Shown here: positions 13,775-25,710 of the stretch, piece by piece | Layout of the letters: every line of letters starts with the position of its first letter | Position numbering within the stretch: position 1 is the first letter of the stretch | From: Octopus sinensis | Taxonomy: Eukaryota | Assembly: GCF_006345805.1 (NCBI RefSeq) | Contig: NC_043010.1 | Location: forward strand, 61,566,001 to 61,630,000 | Direction of reading: 5' to 3' | DNA length: 64,000 nucleotides | Made by a program: the position numbers and the translations under genes | The notes under the pieces: generated by a model | What the model was told of the DNA's origin: nothing | Seen by the model: only the letters and a program-made list of their open reading frames with translations | Databases searched by the model: none

Positions 13775-13990
13775 AAGGTGGTGAACTGGCAGAATCATTA
13801 GCACACAGGATGAAATGTTTAGCAGTATTTTGTCCATCACTACATTCGGAGTTCAAATTCCGCTAAGGTCGAGTTTGCCTGTCATCCTTTTGGGGTCAGT
13901 AAAATAAGTAACAACTGAACACTGGAGTCATTGTAATCGACTCATCCCCACCTCCTCCAAGCTGCCCTTGTGGCAATAATTTGAAATTAT
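13775..13990 (+). mobile_element. SINE family C in (ATT)n
   Basis: Family match. Confidence 0.75.
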
Positions 13991-14045
13991 TATTATTATT
14001 ACTATTATTATTGTTGTTGTCATTATTATTGTTATATTCCTGATG

Positions 14046-14083
14046 TCTAATTGCATTTTTCTCTTTGTTTTTTTCATTTTCAG
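14046..14083 (+). promoter_or_regulatory. Splice acceptor upstream of ZNF-1
   Basis: TCTAAT branch-like motif, long pyrimidine tract, TTTTCAG. Confidence 0.55.
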
Positions 14084-14744
14084 AATTGTTTCATCAGCAC
14101 CATGAGTCAGACATTCTCCAATTAGCAATGAACATTTGAAAAAATAATTCACCACACTCTTTAAAACACTGGGAATGCCATGAAAAATTCTGAAGAAAAC
14201 CTTCCCAGCACTTAAGCCCCAATGTTTCTAGGAAATGTGGCCTCAACCGTCTGCTTCATATCACATGTCTAATTCATAAAGATTACATTTGAAGGTATCT
14301 TCTTTGAGGTTATTTGTTTAAATTTATGGAGTTAATGTGAGGGAGAACAGTAATGTGCTGGAGACATTTCACTCAATTCTATCCTGTCTGCTCCATTTAC
14401 ACAAACTGGGTCTTGCACCATGAACAAGAGCAGAATTTATTTAAAACTTTAAGCCAGGCAGAAGGTTTTGAGTGAAAAGTTTGGAAAAACAACATGGCTG
14501 CTATTGTCATCCATTGTCATGTTGGTTTTTTTTTACTGTCTGGGTAAAAATTGAAATGTAATCAGTAAAATGTAACAACTAATATCATACATTCGCCATC
14601 ACCTTCATCATCATCCTCCTCATTACCATCATCATCATTTTCGTCGTCGTCATTGTTGTCACTAGTATTTCACATTCGATAGTCAAAACTCTCAGTTCCC
14701 AGACTTGGAAGCTGTCCTATTTGTGTAGAATCATTGAGATATTC

Positions 14745-15225
14745 CATGTAATAATACCACAAATTTATACTGTATACCCTTGTGATACCACCAGCATATC
14801 CCATGTGAGAACATCAGGATATTTCTACACAATACCACTTGGATATTTTTCTATATGATACCATCAGGACTACCCCCTGTGATACCATATGCTTACTTTA
14901 GATGATCCCATCACAACAACACCATTGTAATTATTTCATGTGCATCAACACTGTTGTGGTGAGTGCAGCTAACCACTCTACACCACTGCAGCTGACAGCC
15001 CTTTACTGTTGCATGTAATACATCTGACCAGTGCATTTAACACAGCTGTGACACTGCTGTTAAACCATCATACCACTGCAGTTAATATTTCACATCATTG
15101 CAATAGCACTTTGCATCACTGCAGCTGAACCATTATACCATCATACCATTGCTGTTTACACACCACTGCAATTACCTCTTCATACCACTGCAGTGGTTAA
15201 GGCCTCATAACACTGCAGTTAACAT
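14745..15225. repeat. Degenerate short-period tandem repeats upstream of ZNF-1
   Basis: Recurring TGTGATACCA then ACCACTGCAG motifs. Confidence 0.55.
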
Positions 15226-15379
15226 ACATACTGCTCCTACTTCTAGTGTATCAATGGTCTGGAAGATTCTGTGATTTAAAATATAGACTTAATTATTTGA
15301 AACTAAAAGCTCTTTCCCTGCGTCCCCCATCACCCCTACGGAGCTGTTTCACCCGGTGTCAAAATATAATAAACAGACA

Positions 15380-15420
<41 letters not shown>

Positions 15421-15427
15421 TTCAAAC

Positions 15428-15457
15428 ATGATGGTAAAGATACAGTTTTTGGAATAA
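15428..15457 (+). other. Short upstream ORF MMVKIQFLE*, same frame as ZNF-1
   Basis: ATGATG...GAATAA, stopping 18 nt before the main ATG. Confidence 0.4.
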
Positions 15458-15475
15458 ACCAAGCTAAAGAACAAA

Positions 15476-17527
15476 ATGTATTCCATGCAACCAATTTTCC
15501 CACCAATAGGGACCCAGCCAAATCTCTACGGTCAGCCGTTCTATCAAACTGACCACCTCAAGTGTCCGGAGAAGCTAGGCTTTCTTGATGAAAAAAGCTA
15601 TAAAAACGAACTGTGTTGTGATACAAAGGGTTTTGTTCCAGGTTTAAACAGTAACAACAACAACAACGACAATACCAGCAACACCAACAACAGCAACATT
15701 GAAAGTAATGGCAATGTTGGCCATGAGCGGATCCCAGCCCCAAAAGATGTCCAGTGTTCTGTTTGCAAAAAAGGATTCTCCAATTCCTTCTTTCTGAAGA
15801 TCCACGAACGTGTTCACACAGGAGAGAAGCCTTTTAGGTGTTCGAGTTGTCCGAAAGCGTTTAGCCAGCAAGTCAACCTCCGCAACCACGAACGCGTTCA
15901 TTCGGGAGAGAAACCATTCAGTTGTTCAGTCTGTGGCAAAGCATTTAGCCAGAAAGGTAACCTAAAATTGCATCTAAGAACACACACTGGAGACCGGCCG
16001 TACGCCTGTGAGATTTGCGGCAAAGCGTTCTACCAGAAAGTCAACCTTGACGACCATCGTCGTATTCACACAGGAGATATGTTTTACTGCAGCTTCTGTA
16101 AAAAACCCTTCACAAATGCATTTTTCCTAAAAATTCACGAGCGTGTACATACTGGAGAGAAGCCATTTCAGTGTGCCTTTTGCCCAAAAGCATTCAGCCA
16201 GCAGATCAACCTTCGCAACCATGAGCGAACCCACACTGGGGAGAAACCCTTTGCTTGTACAACATGTGGCAAAGCCTTTAGTCAGAAAGGAAACCTAAAA
16301 CTTCACCTGAGGACACATACGGGAGAGAAGCCGTTTGTATGCGATGTGTGTGGCAAAGCTTTCAGCCAAAGAGTCAACCTCATCGACCATAAGCGTATAC
16401 ACACAGGCGACATGTTCTACTGCCAGTACTGCAAGAAAGCTTTTTGTAATGCTTTCTTTCTTAAAATCCATGAACGTATCCACACGGGGGAGATGTACAA
16501 GTGTTCAATGTGCCCAAAGGCGTTCAGCCAACAGATAAACCTACGTAACCATGAACGTGTTCACACAGGAGAGAAACCTTTCTATTGTACAATATGTTCA
16601 AAGGTGTTCAGCCAGCAATGTAACCTGCGAACACATCTGCGAACACACACAGGTGAGAAACCATTCTCGTGCGACAGGTGTGGGAAATGTTTCTCACAGA
16701 AGGCGAACTTAAATAACCACAAGCGAACCAGAACCGGCTGTGAGCTCTTTATCAAAAATCCTTCTAATTCGTCCTCTGCTGCTGGCTCACATCAGGCGTC
16801 TGCACCTTCTTCCACCTCTGTCTCCCCTATTGTGTCCCCTTCAATGTCTCCCATGTCGTCCCCCTCGGTCACTGCTAAAATGAATTCACTGAAATCACCC
16901 GTGCCATCTTTACCATTATCATCCTCTTCGTCAGCTTTCAACAGCAGCACACATAACAAAAACCATCACCATCACCATCAGCAACAGCAGCAGCAGCAGC
17001 ACTTGCCGCAAGGATCTGGCCTCGTTAAGTCCGGCTTAAAGACTGGCATGAACAGTCACAACAGTGGCGAGCACCACAGCAATGACAATCCCATAGATTA
17101 CAACAGCCATCACCCGCATCACGCACACAGCAACAGCAGCACCCCAACATCCGGCATCAGCCACCCGAGCAGTAACCCTCATCAACAAAGCCATCCACAA
17201 CACCATCCTTCAGAGTCTCCACACCATCAGACTGCAGCCAACTCCCTCACCAGACTACAGATTCCAAACTTAACTGCACCTTCCGCTTCCTCTCGGATAA
17301 ACTCGTTCTACTTGGAGGAGATGCCACAGACCTGGGAGAACAACTACCTCTGGTCCCGCGGGTTTGCCATGCCTCACATGCTCAACCCCGGCTGGAACAA
17401 TATGCCCAGTGCATTCTCTAGCAGCCTGAAGCATCACAATAGCAAACAGAACATAGGGGGAACGAATTTCCAGAGTATACATGGCCCGATGAAGCCTAGT
17501 AACGATTATATGTTGAACACGAAATAA
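15476..17527 (+). CDS. C2H2 zinc-finger protein (ZNF-1), 683 aa; 11 canonical fingers + 1 degenerate; Ser/His/Gln-rich C-terminal region
   Basis: Uninterrupted ATG-TAA ORF; CxxC-x12-HxxxH repeats with TGEKP-type linkers at 15755-16741; AATAAA motifs at and just after the stop. Confidence 0.95.
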   Translation: MYSMQPIFPPIGTQPNLYGQPFYQTDHLKCPEKLGFLDEKSYKNELCCDTKGFVPGLNSNNNNNDNTSNTNNSNIESNGNVGHERIPAPKDVQCSVCKKGFSNSFFLKIHERVHTGEKPFRCSSCPKAFSQQVNLRNHERVHSGEKPFSCSVCGKAFSQKGNLKLHLRTHTGDRPYACEICGKAFYQKVNLDDHRRIHTGDMFYCSFCKKPFTNAFFLKIHERVHTGEKPFQCAFCPKAFSQQINLRNHERTHTGEKPFACTTCGKAFSQKGNLKLHLRTHTGEKPFVCDVCGKAFSQRVNLIDHKRIHTGDMFYCQYCKKAFCNAFFLKIHERIHTGEMYKCSMCPKAFSQQINLRNHERVHTGEKPFYCTICSKVFSQQCNLRTHLRTHTGEKPFSCDRCGKCFSQKANLNNHKRTRTGCELFIKNPSNSSSAAGSHQASAPSSTSVSPIVSPSMSPMSSPSVTAKMNSLKSPVPSLPLSSSSSAFNSSTHNKNHHHHHQQQQQQQHLPQGSGLVKSGLKTGMNSHNSGEHHSNDNPIDYNSHHPHHAHSNSSTPTSGISHPSSNPHQQSHPQHHPSESPHHQTAANSLTRLQIPNLTAPSASSRINSFYLEEMPQTWENNYLWSRGFAMPHMLNPGWNNMPSAFSSSLKHHNSKQNIGGTNFQSIHGPMKPSNDYMLNTK

Positions 17528-18291
17528 AAATACGGGGGAGAACCAATAAATGAAGGCACGAAACGGGGCCGACAGATCCTTGGTGTTTTACAATAAACAT
17601 TAATTTATTTTGAAAATTCTTCAAAACTATTTAACAACTCCCCCCCTCCCAACAGACAAAAAATTCAAAACCCCCAGATGAATATTAAACTAGAAAGGAA
17701 ACAATTAGATGTAGTGACGGGAGCGGAGGGGGTTAAGGGGTCTGTTTATGGAGCCTCGTGGTCTTTGTATGAAAGATTGGTTGTACTTAATGATGTCTTC
17801 TTTCTCTTCTCACGTGGAAAACAAGACCAAACTCTCTAAAGTTGTTTGGCAATGATAAAAGAATGCCAAAAATGGAAAGGAAGAAAAAAAAAACAATGGA
17901 AAAAAAAAAGAAGCTTTGAAAAAAAGAAAAGAAAGAAAAAAAATAACTGAAGAATTGTCTGTGCAAAATCTATTGTCTTGACTTTGTGTGGCCATTGTAT
18001 GTTTGTAATTTAGTTGTGTTTTCATCATTTCAACAGATCCATCAGGTAGAAAATGTTCTATTTATTGTATGAATGTTTGTATTCTGGTTTAACCCCCATC
18101 CCAACCCCCCACCCTGGCCCCTCTCCAACCCCACCCTGCGATATGAAACACACACACACACACACAGACGTATGCATGTGCAAGTGAACTTATGCAGTAA
18201 CACTTACACATACGCACATTTTTATAAACCTGGCACACACATATACAAGCAAACACACACACACATACAAATCCAAGCAAATACATGCGCT

Positions 18292-18343
<52 letters not shown>

Positions 18344-18687
18344 ATATACATAAAAGCAAACACACATATATATAGATGCACACAAACACACATACAAGTA
18401 TAGATGCACACATATGTGTATGTGTATCCCTCACTTAAACCCTTCAATACTTTAATTAATGTATTCTCAAGTTACCCTGGGCACTAGAAATATCATCCAC
18501 ATTAAAGATATTTTCTAATTAAATCTGTCTCCTTTCTGAAAACGGAATAAAGATTAGAATCCCTTTTTAAAAGAGTTCCATCATCTCTCAGTTTATTAAC
18601 GACTTCCCTACTGAAAGAATGTAATTTAAAATATCTGTAAGTTACACAGCTAATTAATTTCAGAAAATACTCACATACACACGCACA

Positions 18688-18907
18688 AAGGGTGTCCACA
18701 AATTTACTTTACAATTTGAAAAAATTTGGCAAAAAATGAAAAATAAGGATAACTCAACAGAGTGTATTGGAAAACAAGCAAAGTTTTATTAGAAATATCA
18801 GAACACTTCCACATAGGCTCCATTGCTTGCGCATACCACACATCTAGACAATCTCTAATAGATACAATAAATTGTGGAAGTTGTAAAGATAATTTATGGA
18901 CACCCTG
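18688..18907. mobile_element. Tc1/mariner-type MITE
   Basis: About 28-bp terminal inverted repeats AGGGTGTCCACAAATT... / ...AATTTATGGACACCCTG. Confidence 0.75.
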
Positions 18908-19377
18908 TGTATGTATATATATATGTATATGCACACATGTATGCACGCATACATGTATATATATATGTATTTTTATAGAGGATTGATGTATAAAAATCAA
19001 AAATAAATTCACAGTAATTACAAGCTCAGTTTGTTAGAAGTCATTGAACTCCAACATAAGTATATCATTGTAGTAAACCTAAGTGGAACCAGCTTGCATG
19101 TATATTAACTAAAAAGATCTTTGTTAGTAACATATTTGATAGAAAAGTATAAATTTCAAATCTGGTTCAAACTTTAAATTATGACAATTATAACAATTCT
19201 GTAATTATACATTTAGTGATGTTTATTTTAATGAAACAGCTGTTAAGCACAAACTATGAATTTAATGTAAAATTTATTCTTTTATTATATAAAGTCCAAG
19301 AGTGGAAGTTATGGTTTTACATTTAATTCTTTAGCTGTATATGTTCCAATACTACATGGTGTGTGTATATATATAAA

Positions 19378-19658
19378 TCATCATTGTCATTTAACATCCG
19401 CTTTCCATGCTGGTTTGGGTTGGACGGTTCAACAGGACTGGAAAGCCAGAAGGCTGTACCAGGCTCCAATCTGATCTGGTAAAGTTTCTACAGCTGGATG
19501 CTCTTTCTAACGCCAACCACTCCAAGAGTGTAGTGGGTACTTTTTACATGACACCGGCATGAGGGCCAGTCAAGTGGCACTGGCAATGACTACGGTAGAA
19601 TGGTGCCTTTTATGTGCCACTGGCACAGGGGCCAGTCAGGCGGCAGTGGCATCGACCA
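19378..19658 (-). mobile_element. SINE-like family B
   Basis: Family match. Confidence 0.8.
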
Positions 19659-19808
19659 TATATTTGATGACTATTAATAGGAATTTCAGTGTGTTCATAA
19701 TGTGGACCCTGTGCATTTCTTCTCCCAAAGGTTTGCATGTGATGTTACTTTTGAAGCTTTGTTATTTATTCCTCAAATCATATTTATATTCATGAAGTGC
19801 ATATGTAT

Positions 19809-20220
19809 AGGCACAAGTGTAGCTGTGTGGTAAGAAGCTTGCTTCCCAACCGCATGGTTCCAGGTTCAGTCTCACCACACAGCACCTTTGACAAATGTCT
19901 TCTGCTATAGCCTTGGGTCAACGAAAGCCTTGTGAGTGGATTTGGTAGATGGAAACTGAAAGAAGCCCATTGTATGAATGTGTGTGTCTTTATGTCTGTT
20001 TGCTCCCCCCCCACCACCACCACCATCACTGCATGATGAGTGGTGTTGGTGTGTTTCCATCCTTGTGACTTCGCATCTTGGAGAAAAAGAAACTGATAGA
20101 ATAAGTACTAAGCTTTAAAATAAAAAAAGTACTGAGGTCGATTCATTCAACTAAAAATGCTATAAGGCAGTGCCCCAGCATGGCCACGGTCGAATGACTG
20201 AAATGAGTAAAAGGAGAAAG
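19809..20220 (+). mobile_element. SINE family A, full length
   Basis: tRNA-like A/B boxes, central simple repeat, family tail. Confidence 0.85.
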
Positions 20221-20467
20221 ACACCATGTAGTGCTGACATACACATAACTAAAAGAAAACTAAATGCAATGCCTTAACTTTTGCTCTTGGACTTAATGTA
20301 TAAAGGTTCTGCGAAGAATTCATTAACACTGGAATTCTGGTTTGTACCAATTTCATTTAAGGTTTAACATTTATTGATATACACTTTGTTAACCAGTATT
20401 TGCTGGAATAATGACTAAGGATCCAATTTGGATTTATCAATCACCTTTCATCTGATGTGTGTGTATG

Positions 20468-20820
20468 ATCATCATCATCATTTAGCGTCCGTTTTCCATA
20501 CTAGCATGGGTTGGATGGTTCAACTGGGGTCTGTGAAGCCGGAAGGCTGCATCAGGCCCAGTCTGATCTGGCAGTGTTTCTACGGCTGGATGCCCCTCCT
20601 AACACCAACCACTCCGTGAGTGTAGTGGGTGCTTTTTACGTGCCACCCGCACAGGTGCCAGACAGAGCTGGCAAACGGCCACGAATGGATGGTGCTTTTA
20701 CGTGCCACTGGCACGGGGGCCAGGCGAGGCTGGCAGCGGACACGAACGGATGGTGCTTTTACATGCCACCGGCACGGAGGCCAGACGGGGCGGCGCCGGC
20801 AACGGCCACGATCGGATGGT
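20468..20820 (-). mobile_element. SINE-like family B, about 3 internal units
   Basis: Family match, (CAT)n end. Confidence 0.9.
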
Positions 20821-20970
20821 TCGCTTAACCACCTCAAACATGCATATCAAAGCCCCTATACAGTTATTGGCTACCATATGCCATCATACAGCAGGATTAC
20901 TCCTTTTATTGGATATGCATGTGGAACTCTGTTAGTGTATGTAGAGTTTATATAAAAATTTGTAAAATAT

Positions 20971-21192
20971 GATGAAACGAACAGGCTTTAATCACTAATC
21001 ACAACAATTGTTTCTGTGCATTGGTAACAGTGCTAACGAAGCCACTCACCTGATGATGTGCTGGTACACAGCTGTTGGTGGATCATATGTATTTATGTAA
21101 TAGCATGATATGGAAAGCTCAGCAACAAACAGCTGTTAGCCTTGCACAGGAATAATTGTTGTGATTTGTAATTACAGCCTGTTCATTCCATC
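20971..21192. repeat. Inverted repeat (~50-bp arms) around a hammerhead fold
   Basis: GAACAGGCT..CACAACAATTG..TGTGCA / TGCACA..AATTGTTGTG..AGCCTGTTC. Confidence 0.7.
21046..21164 (+). ncRNA. Type-I hammerhead with long helix II, partly degenerate
   Basis: UCAC-CUGAUGA-UGUGC-(~82 nt)-GCACA-GGAA-UAAUUG-UU-GUGA. Confidence 0.6.
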
Positions 21193-21209
21193 TTCTTGTT
21201 GTATGAATT

Positions 21210-21273
<64 letters not shown>

Positions 21274-22261
21274 GTATACATACATACATACATACATATA
21301 AATATATGGGTGTGTATGTGTGTAAATTTATATAGATAAGGATAAGATAAATATTTAAATACTGATCTTATCAGGTGGCCAACATGAGAATAAAAACCTT
21401 TCAAAGGTAATAATTATTTAAAATTATAATTTAGGGTATCTAAGAGATACCACCTCGCTGGAAATAGCAGTCAAAACTTGACTCTAAAACCACATTAAAT
21501 GTTCATAGAGCACCAGGAGAGAAGACAAAGAGACAAAATAAACTAGCAAAAAATTACTGGATAATTCCATAATTATATATATATATATATATATATATGA
21601 ATATGTATGTGTGCGTATGTAAAAATATCCTACTGTACTGCCATGTATGTATGTGTAGAGAGGCTGATACTGTACAGCTGTGTGTGCGCATGTGTAATAA
21701 GCTGAGGTCTCACAGTGTTCTCCAGCTGACCTCTTCACAATTGACCGCCAAAGCTTCCTGAAAATCAAAGTTGCGTGACCCCCCCACCAACACTACCATC
21801 TTCACACTCATACTGGGTCGTTGGATCCCTTAATGTTACTAACTTATTATTTGCATTATCATCACCACCGTAATCATTTAATCATTGTGACATTAAACGG
21901 GATAAACAATGTGACCATGTGGATTTGTCTCTGTACAAAAACAATTTCTCTATTAGTGTATTCATATAGATAGCAAATGTGTATGTGTATATGTATGTGT
22001 GTGTATATGTGTGCCTGTGTATATATTATATAGAGGGCATTACTATACATAAATGCCACACACTAGGAGGGACCCTTAAAGTCAAAACTACCAAAATAAA
22101 TAAACACATAGTATCGAATGTGAGGGATATATTTTCTTTAAAATATTTTTAAAGAGAAAAATTGATGGTTTTTTTCTCTTATGAGGTTTTTCACGCTAAC
22201 TACTTGATAAATTCTTATAAAGATTTTATCCTATTTTTAAATTGTGTGTATTTATATATGT

Positions 22262-22634
22262 AAGCGAAGGAGTGGCTGTGTGGTAAGTAGCTTGCTTACC
22301 AACCACATGGTTCTGGGTTCAATCCCACTGCGTGGCACCTTGGGCAAGTGTCTTCTATTATAGCTTCAGGTTGACTAAAGCCTTGTGAGTGGATTTGGTA
22401 GATGGAAACTCAAAGAAGCCCGTCATATATATGTGAGTGTGTTTGTGTGTCGCTTGACAACCGATGTTGGTGTGTTTACGTCCCCGTAACTTAGCGGTTC
22501 AGTAAAAGAGTCCGATAGAATAAGTACTAGGCTTAAAAAGAGTAAGTCCCAGGGTTGATTTGTTCAACTAAAAAGCGGTGCTCCAGCATGGCTGCAATCA
22601 AATGCCTGAAACAAATAAAAGAATAAAAGAAAGA
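22262..22634 (+). mobile_element. SINE family A, full length
   Basis: GTGGCTGTGTGGTAAG A-box, GGTTCAATCCC B-box. Confidence 0.85.
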
Positions 22635-22652
22635 ATATATATATATATATAG

Positions 22653-22737
<85 letters not shown>

Positions 22738-23089
22738 TATATCATGGTGAACTCTTTTGTTGTAGGGGACAGATGAGGGGTTTGCAGTTTCTTCGTTGAA
22801 CCACCTGCACACATGATTTGTCCATAATGATCAAATGTTCTGTGCTGCACAAATTGACATTACCTGTACAGGTGCGTGGTGTGTCACATGTCAGGTATTT
22901 CATGGTGACCAGAGAACAATGTGAGACATGACACCCCGCCTGGCCTAGGAATTGAAACCGTTGTCTCAGAAATGTAAAAAAAGCATCTTATACATATATA
23001 TATATATTTTTTCAAAATGTGACCTCGTGTGTACCGTTGGTGATTTTTTTCCCTCTGTCTTCCCTTCTCTGGATCTTTCCTTCTCCTAT

Positions 23090-23124
23090 GTTTCCGACGA
23101 AGAGCTCCGCTCGAAACGTTAAAC
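23090..23124 (+). ncRNA. Minimal hammerhead-like motif in a PLE-like terminus
   Basis: GUUU-CCGACGA-aGAGC(ucc)GCUC-GAAA-CG-UU-AAAC; U4C change. Confidence 0.55.
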
Positions 23125-23228
23125 CCTCCTTCTTTCCTTCTTTCCCGAGCATCCAATAATATTATATTTGTTCCACATCCTCACATTGTTGTGTTTTTTT
23201 GTCCTTTCTTGTTATATATATATATATA

Positions 23229-23381
23229 AGGCACAGGCATGGCTATGTGGTAACTAACTTGCTTCCCATCCACATGGTTCTGGGTTCAGTTCCATTGCGT
23301 GGCACCTTGGTCAAGTGTCTTCTACTACAGCCTTTGGCTGACCAAAGCCTTGAGTTGATTTGGTAGATGGAAACTGAAAGA
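23229..23381 (+). mobile_element. SINE family A, 5' half
   Basis: Family match. Confidence 0.75.
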
Positions 23382-24242
23382 AACGCAGAGCATCTCAACA
23401 GAAATATGGTAACAAAAGGGTTAATAAAGCTAGAGATGGTGATTCTTTGCAGAGTTGGTGAAACATTTTTAGCGGTTATATACACACACTTATGTAAATG
23501 GCATATAACAAACACTATAGATGTATGCATATGTATGTTTGAACAAATGTGTGTAGAATGATAAATCTAATGATATACATGTAAGTATATATAGTGTGTA
23601 TGTTTATTCGAAAATATATATGTACATTATACATGTGTGTGTGCATTATATATATATATATATGTATGTATGTATAAAATGTGTGTTTATTTATTCATAA
23701 GTCTAAAAGCATCATGTGTATGCATGTATATTTATACATGTGCATTAGGTTGTATACGTTTGTATAGTTTTATATATACATGTATAAAAGTAGGCCTTTG
23801 TAGATGTTTAGTCCTTCAGTTTTAGCCACCGAGGGTGTGGCCAAGCTGCAGTACTGCCTCCGTGTGTGTGTGTGTGTGTGTGTTTTCATACCCTGGTCAA
23901 CTGCTGTACATTTTATTACTATTGTTGTTGTTGTTGTTGTTATAATTTATATTTGAAAACGTTTGGCCTGATTTGAGAGAAATGGTCATTCAAAGTGTCA
24001 CTTGTAGCTCATGTCACCCTGTCTGGACTGCGTGCGTGCGTGCGCGCGCGCGTGTGTGTGTGTGTGTGTGTGTACATGTATGTATGTAAACTTCCTGCCG
24101 CCCAGTTATTATTCCTGGCCCAGTCCTACCCCGCCCCCCAAGTCTTTAAAATGCATATAAAAAACTGTGCTGTAGTGTTTTTGTTTGTCCATGGAAGTTT
24201 GAGAACAAAAAAAAACCAATAATAATAATGATGATAATATTG

Positions 24243-24281
<39 letters not shown>

Positions 24282-24609
24282 GTCAAGATAAATTGGAAGA
24301 AAATTTTTTTGCTTTTTTTTGTTGTTGTTCTTTCAAATATTTTTCACCGATTTAAAAAAACCCCAAAAGAATGGAAGATGTTATGATGATGTCTTGGAGA
24401 TGCAAGTTCAAATTTCTTGAGAATCTTGTCACTTTAGCAGCTGGTTTTGGAGAAGATTTGTTTTCATTTTCATTTCAATTTATTTTATATTTTTGACTGA
24501 ACTCAAGACTGGAAGGCAGTGAATCAGTAAAACCGGTGGAGCATCAGGTAAAACAGATTGGCAGCAGTAGGACTTTGGTAGGACTTTTTACATACGGGAG
24601 TTCGACTTT

Positions 24610-24880
24610 GCCTCCTGCTTGCCTTCCTTCTCTCCATTCCTCGTTTCCCTCCCTACCCCCTTTCCCTTCCTTCCTGGTTTCCCTCCCTCCTTCCTTCTCT
24701 CCTCCTTCCCTTCTTCCTTTCCCCTCTTTCTCCTTCCTTCCCTCCTCCCTCCCTTCTTCCTTTCCCCTTTCTCCTTCCTTCCTTCCCCCCTCCCTTCCTT
24801 TCCCCCCTTTCTCCTTTCTTCCCTCCCCCTCCCTACTTTCCCCCCTTCCCACCCTTCATCCCTCTTTCCCGCCTTCCTTT
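24610..24880. repeat. ~270-nt C/T polypyrimidine tract
   Basis: Almost purine-free CCTT/CCCT-type sequence. Confidence 0.9.
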
Positions 24881-24881
24881 A

Positions 24882-25324
24882 TGGTTGCCATTCTCCATGG
24901 TGCCATGGGTTGGACTGGATCAACAGCAACCAATGAACCACACAGCTCCACTAAGCTCCGATGTCTACTTCAACATAGTTTCTAAAGCCGGATGTCCGTT
25001 CTGATGCCAACCACCATACAGAGGGTCCTGGGTGCTTCTTATTGTGATATTTTATATGGCACTGGCATGAAGATGTAAAGACACTCATGCCAGTGCCCCG
25101 TAAATGTGCCTGTGATGGTGTCACATAAAAGCAACCATGCCTGTGCCAGTGCCACATGAAAAACACCAAGTGCACTCTGTAGAGCGGTTGGCATTAGGAA
25201 GGGCATCCAGCTGTAGGGACCACGCCAGAATTGACAATTGGAGCCTGGTGCAGCTCCTGTCAAATTGTCCAACCCATACCAGCATGGAAAACAGACATTA
25301 AATGATGATGATGATGATGATGAT
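24882..25324. mobile_element. Two SINE-like family B copies in opposite orientation
   Basis: 24882-25040 (-) and 25055-25324 (+). Confidence 0.7.
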
Positions 25325-25710
25325 TAGCACAGGTGAAATCAATAAGATAAAAGAACAGTTAAATATTGGGGTCAATTTCATATTCCCTATCTTTTTTTAG
25401 TATAACCCTAACCCCCCACTCCCACCATAGAATGCCATCTCTTCATTGGCCCTGGTCACGCGATCCTATACAGCAGCACCACCACCACCATTTCATTGGC
25501 CTGTTCCCCATTTTTTTAGGAGCAGGGAGCCACAACAAGACACACACCAGGCATTCCATTCATTTCCCAGCTCAAAGGAGTGAGCCCCATTCTATGCTTG
25601 AGTCAAGGCATAGAACGCTACCCCCAATATCAGTAGCAGGGCCTGACAGCATATACTGCCCTCCCCCATCATGTTGAGTCCGTACCCCTTTGAGCCACAT
25701 CAAAATTCAC

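Noticed and set aside
24536-24985. Pro/Ser/Phe-rich 149-aa ORF and its Gly/Glu/Arg antisense
   Set aside because: Arises from the C/T tract, which cannot contain stops.
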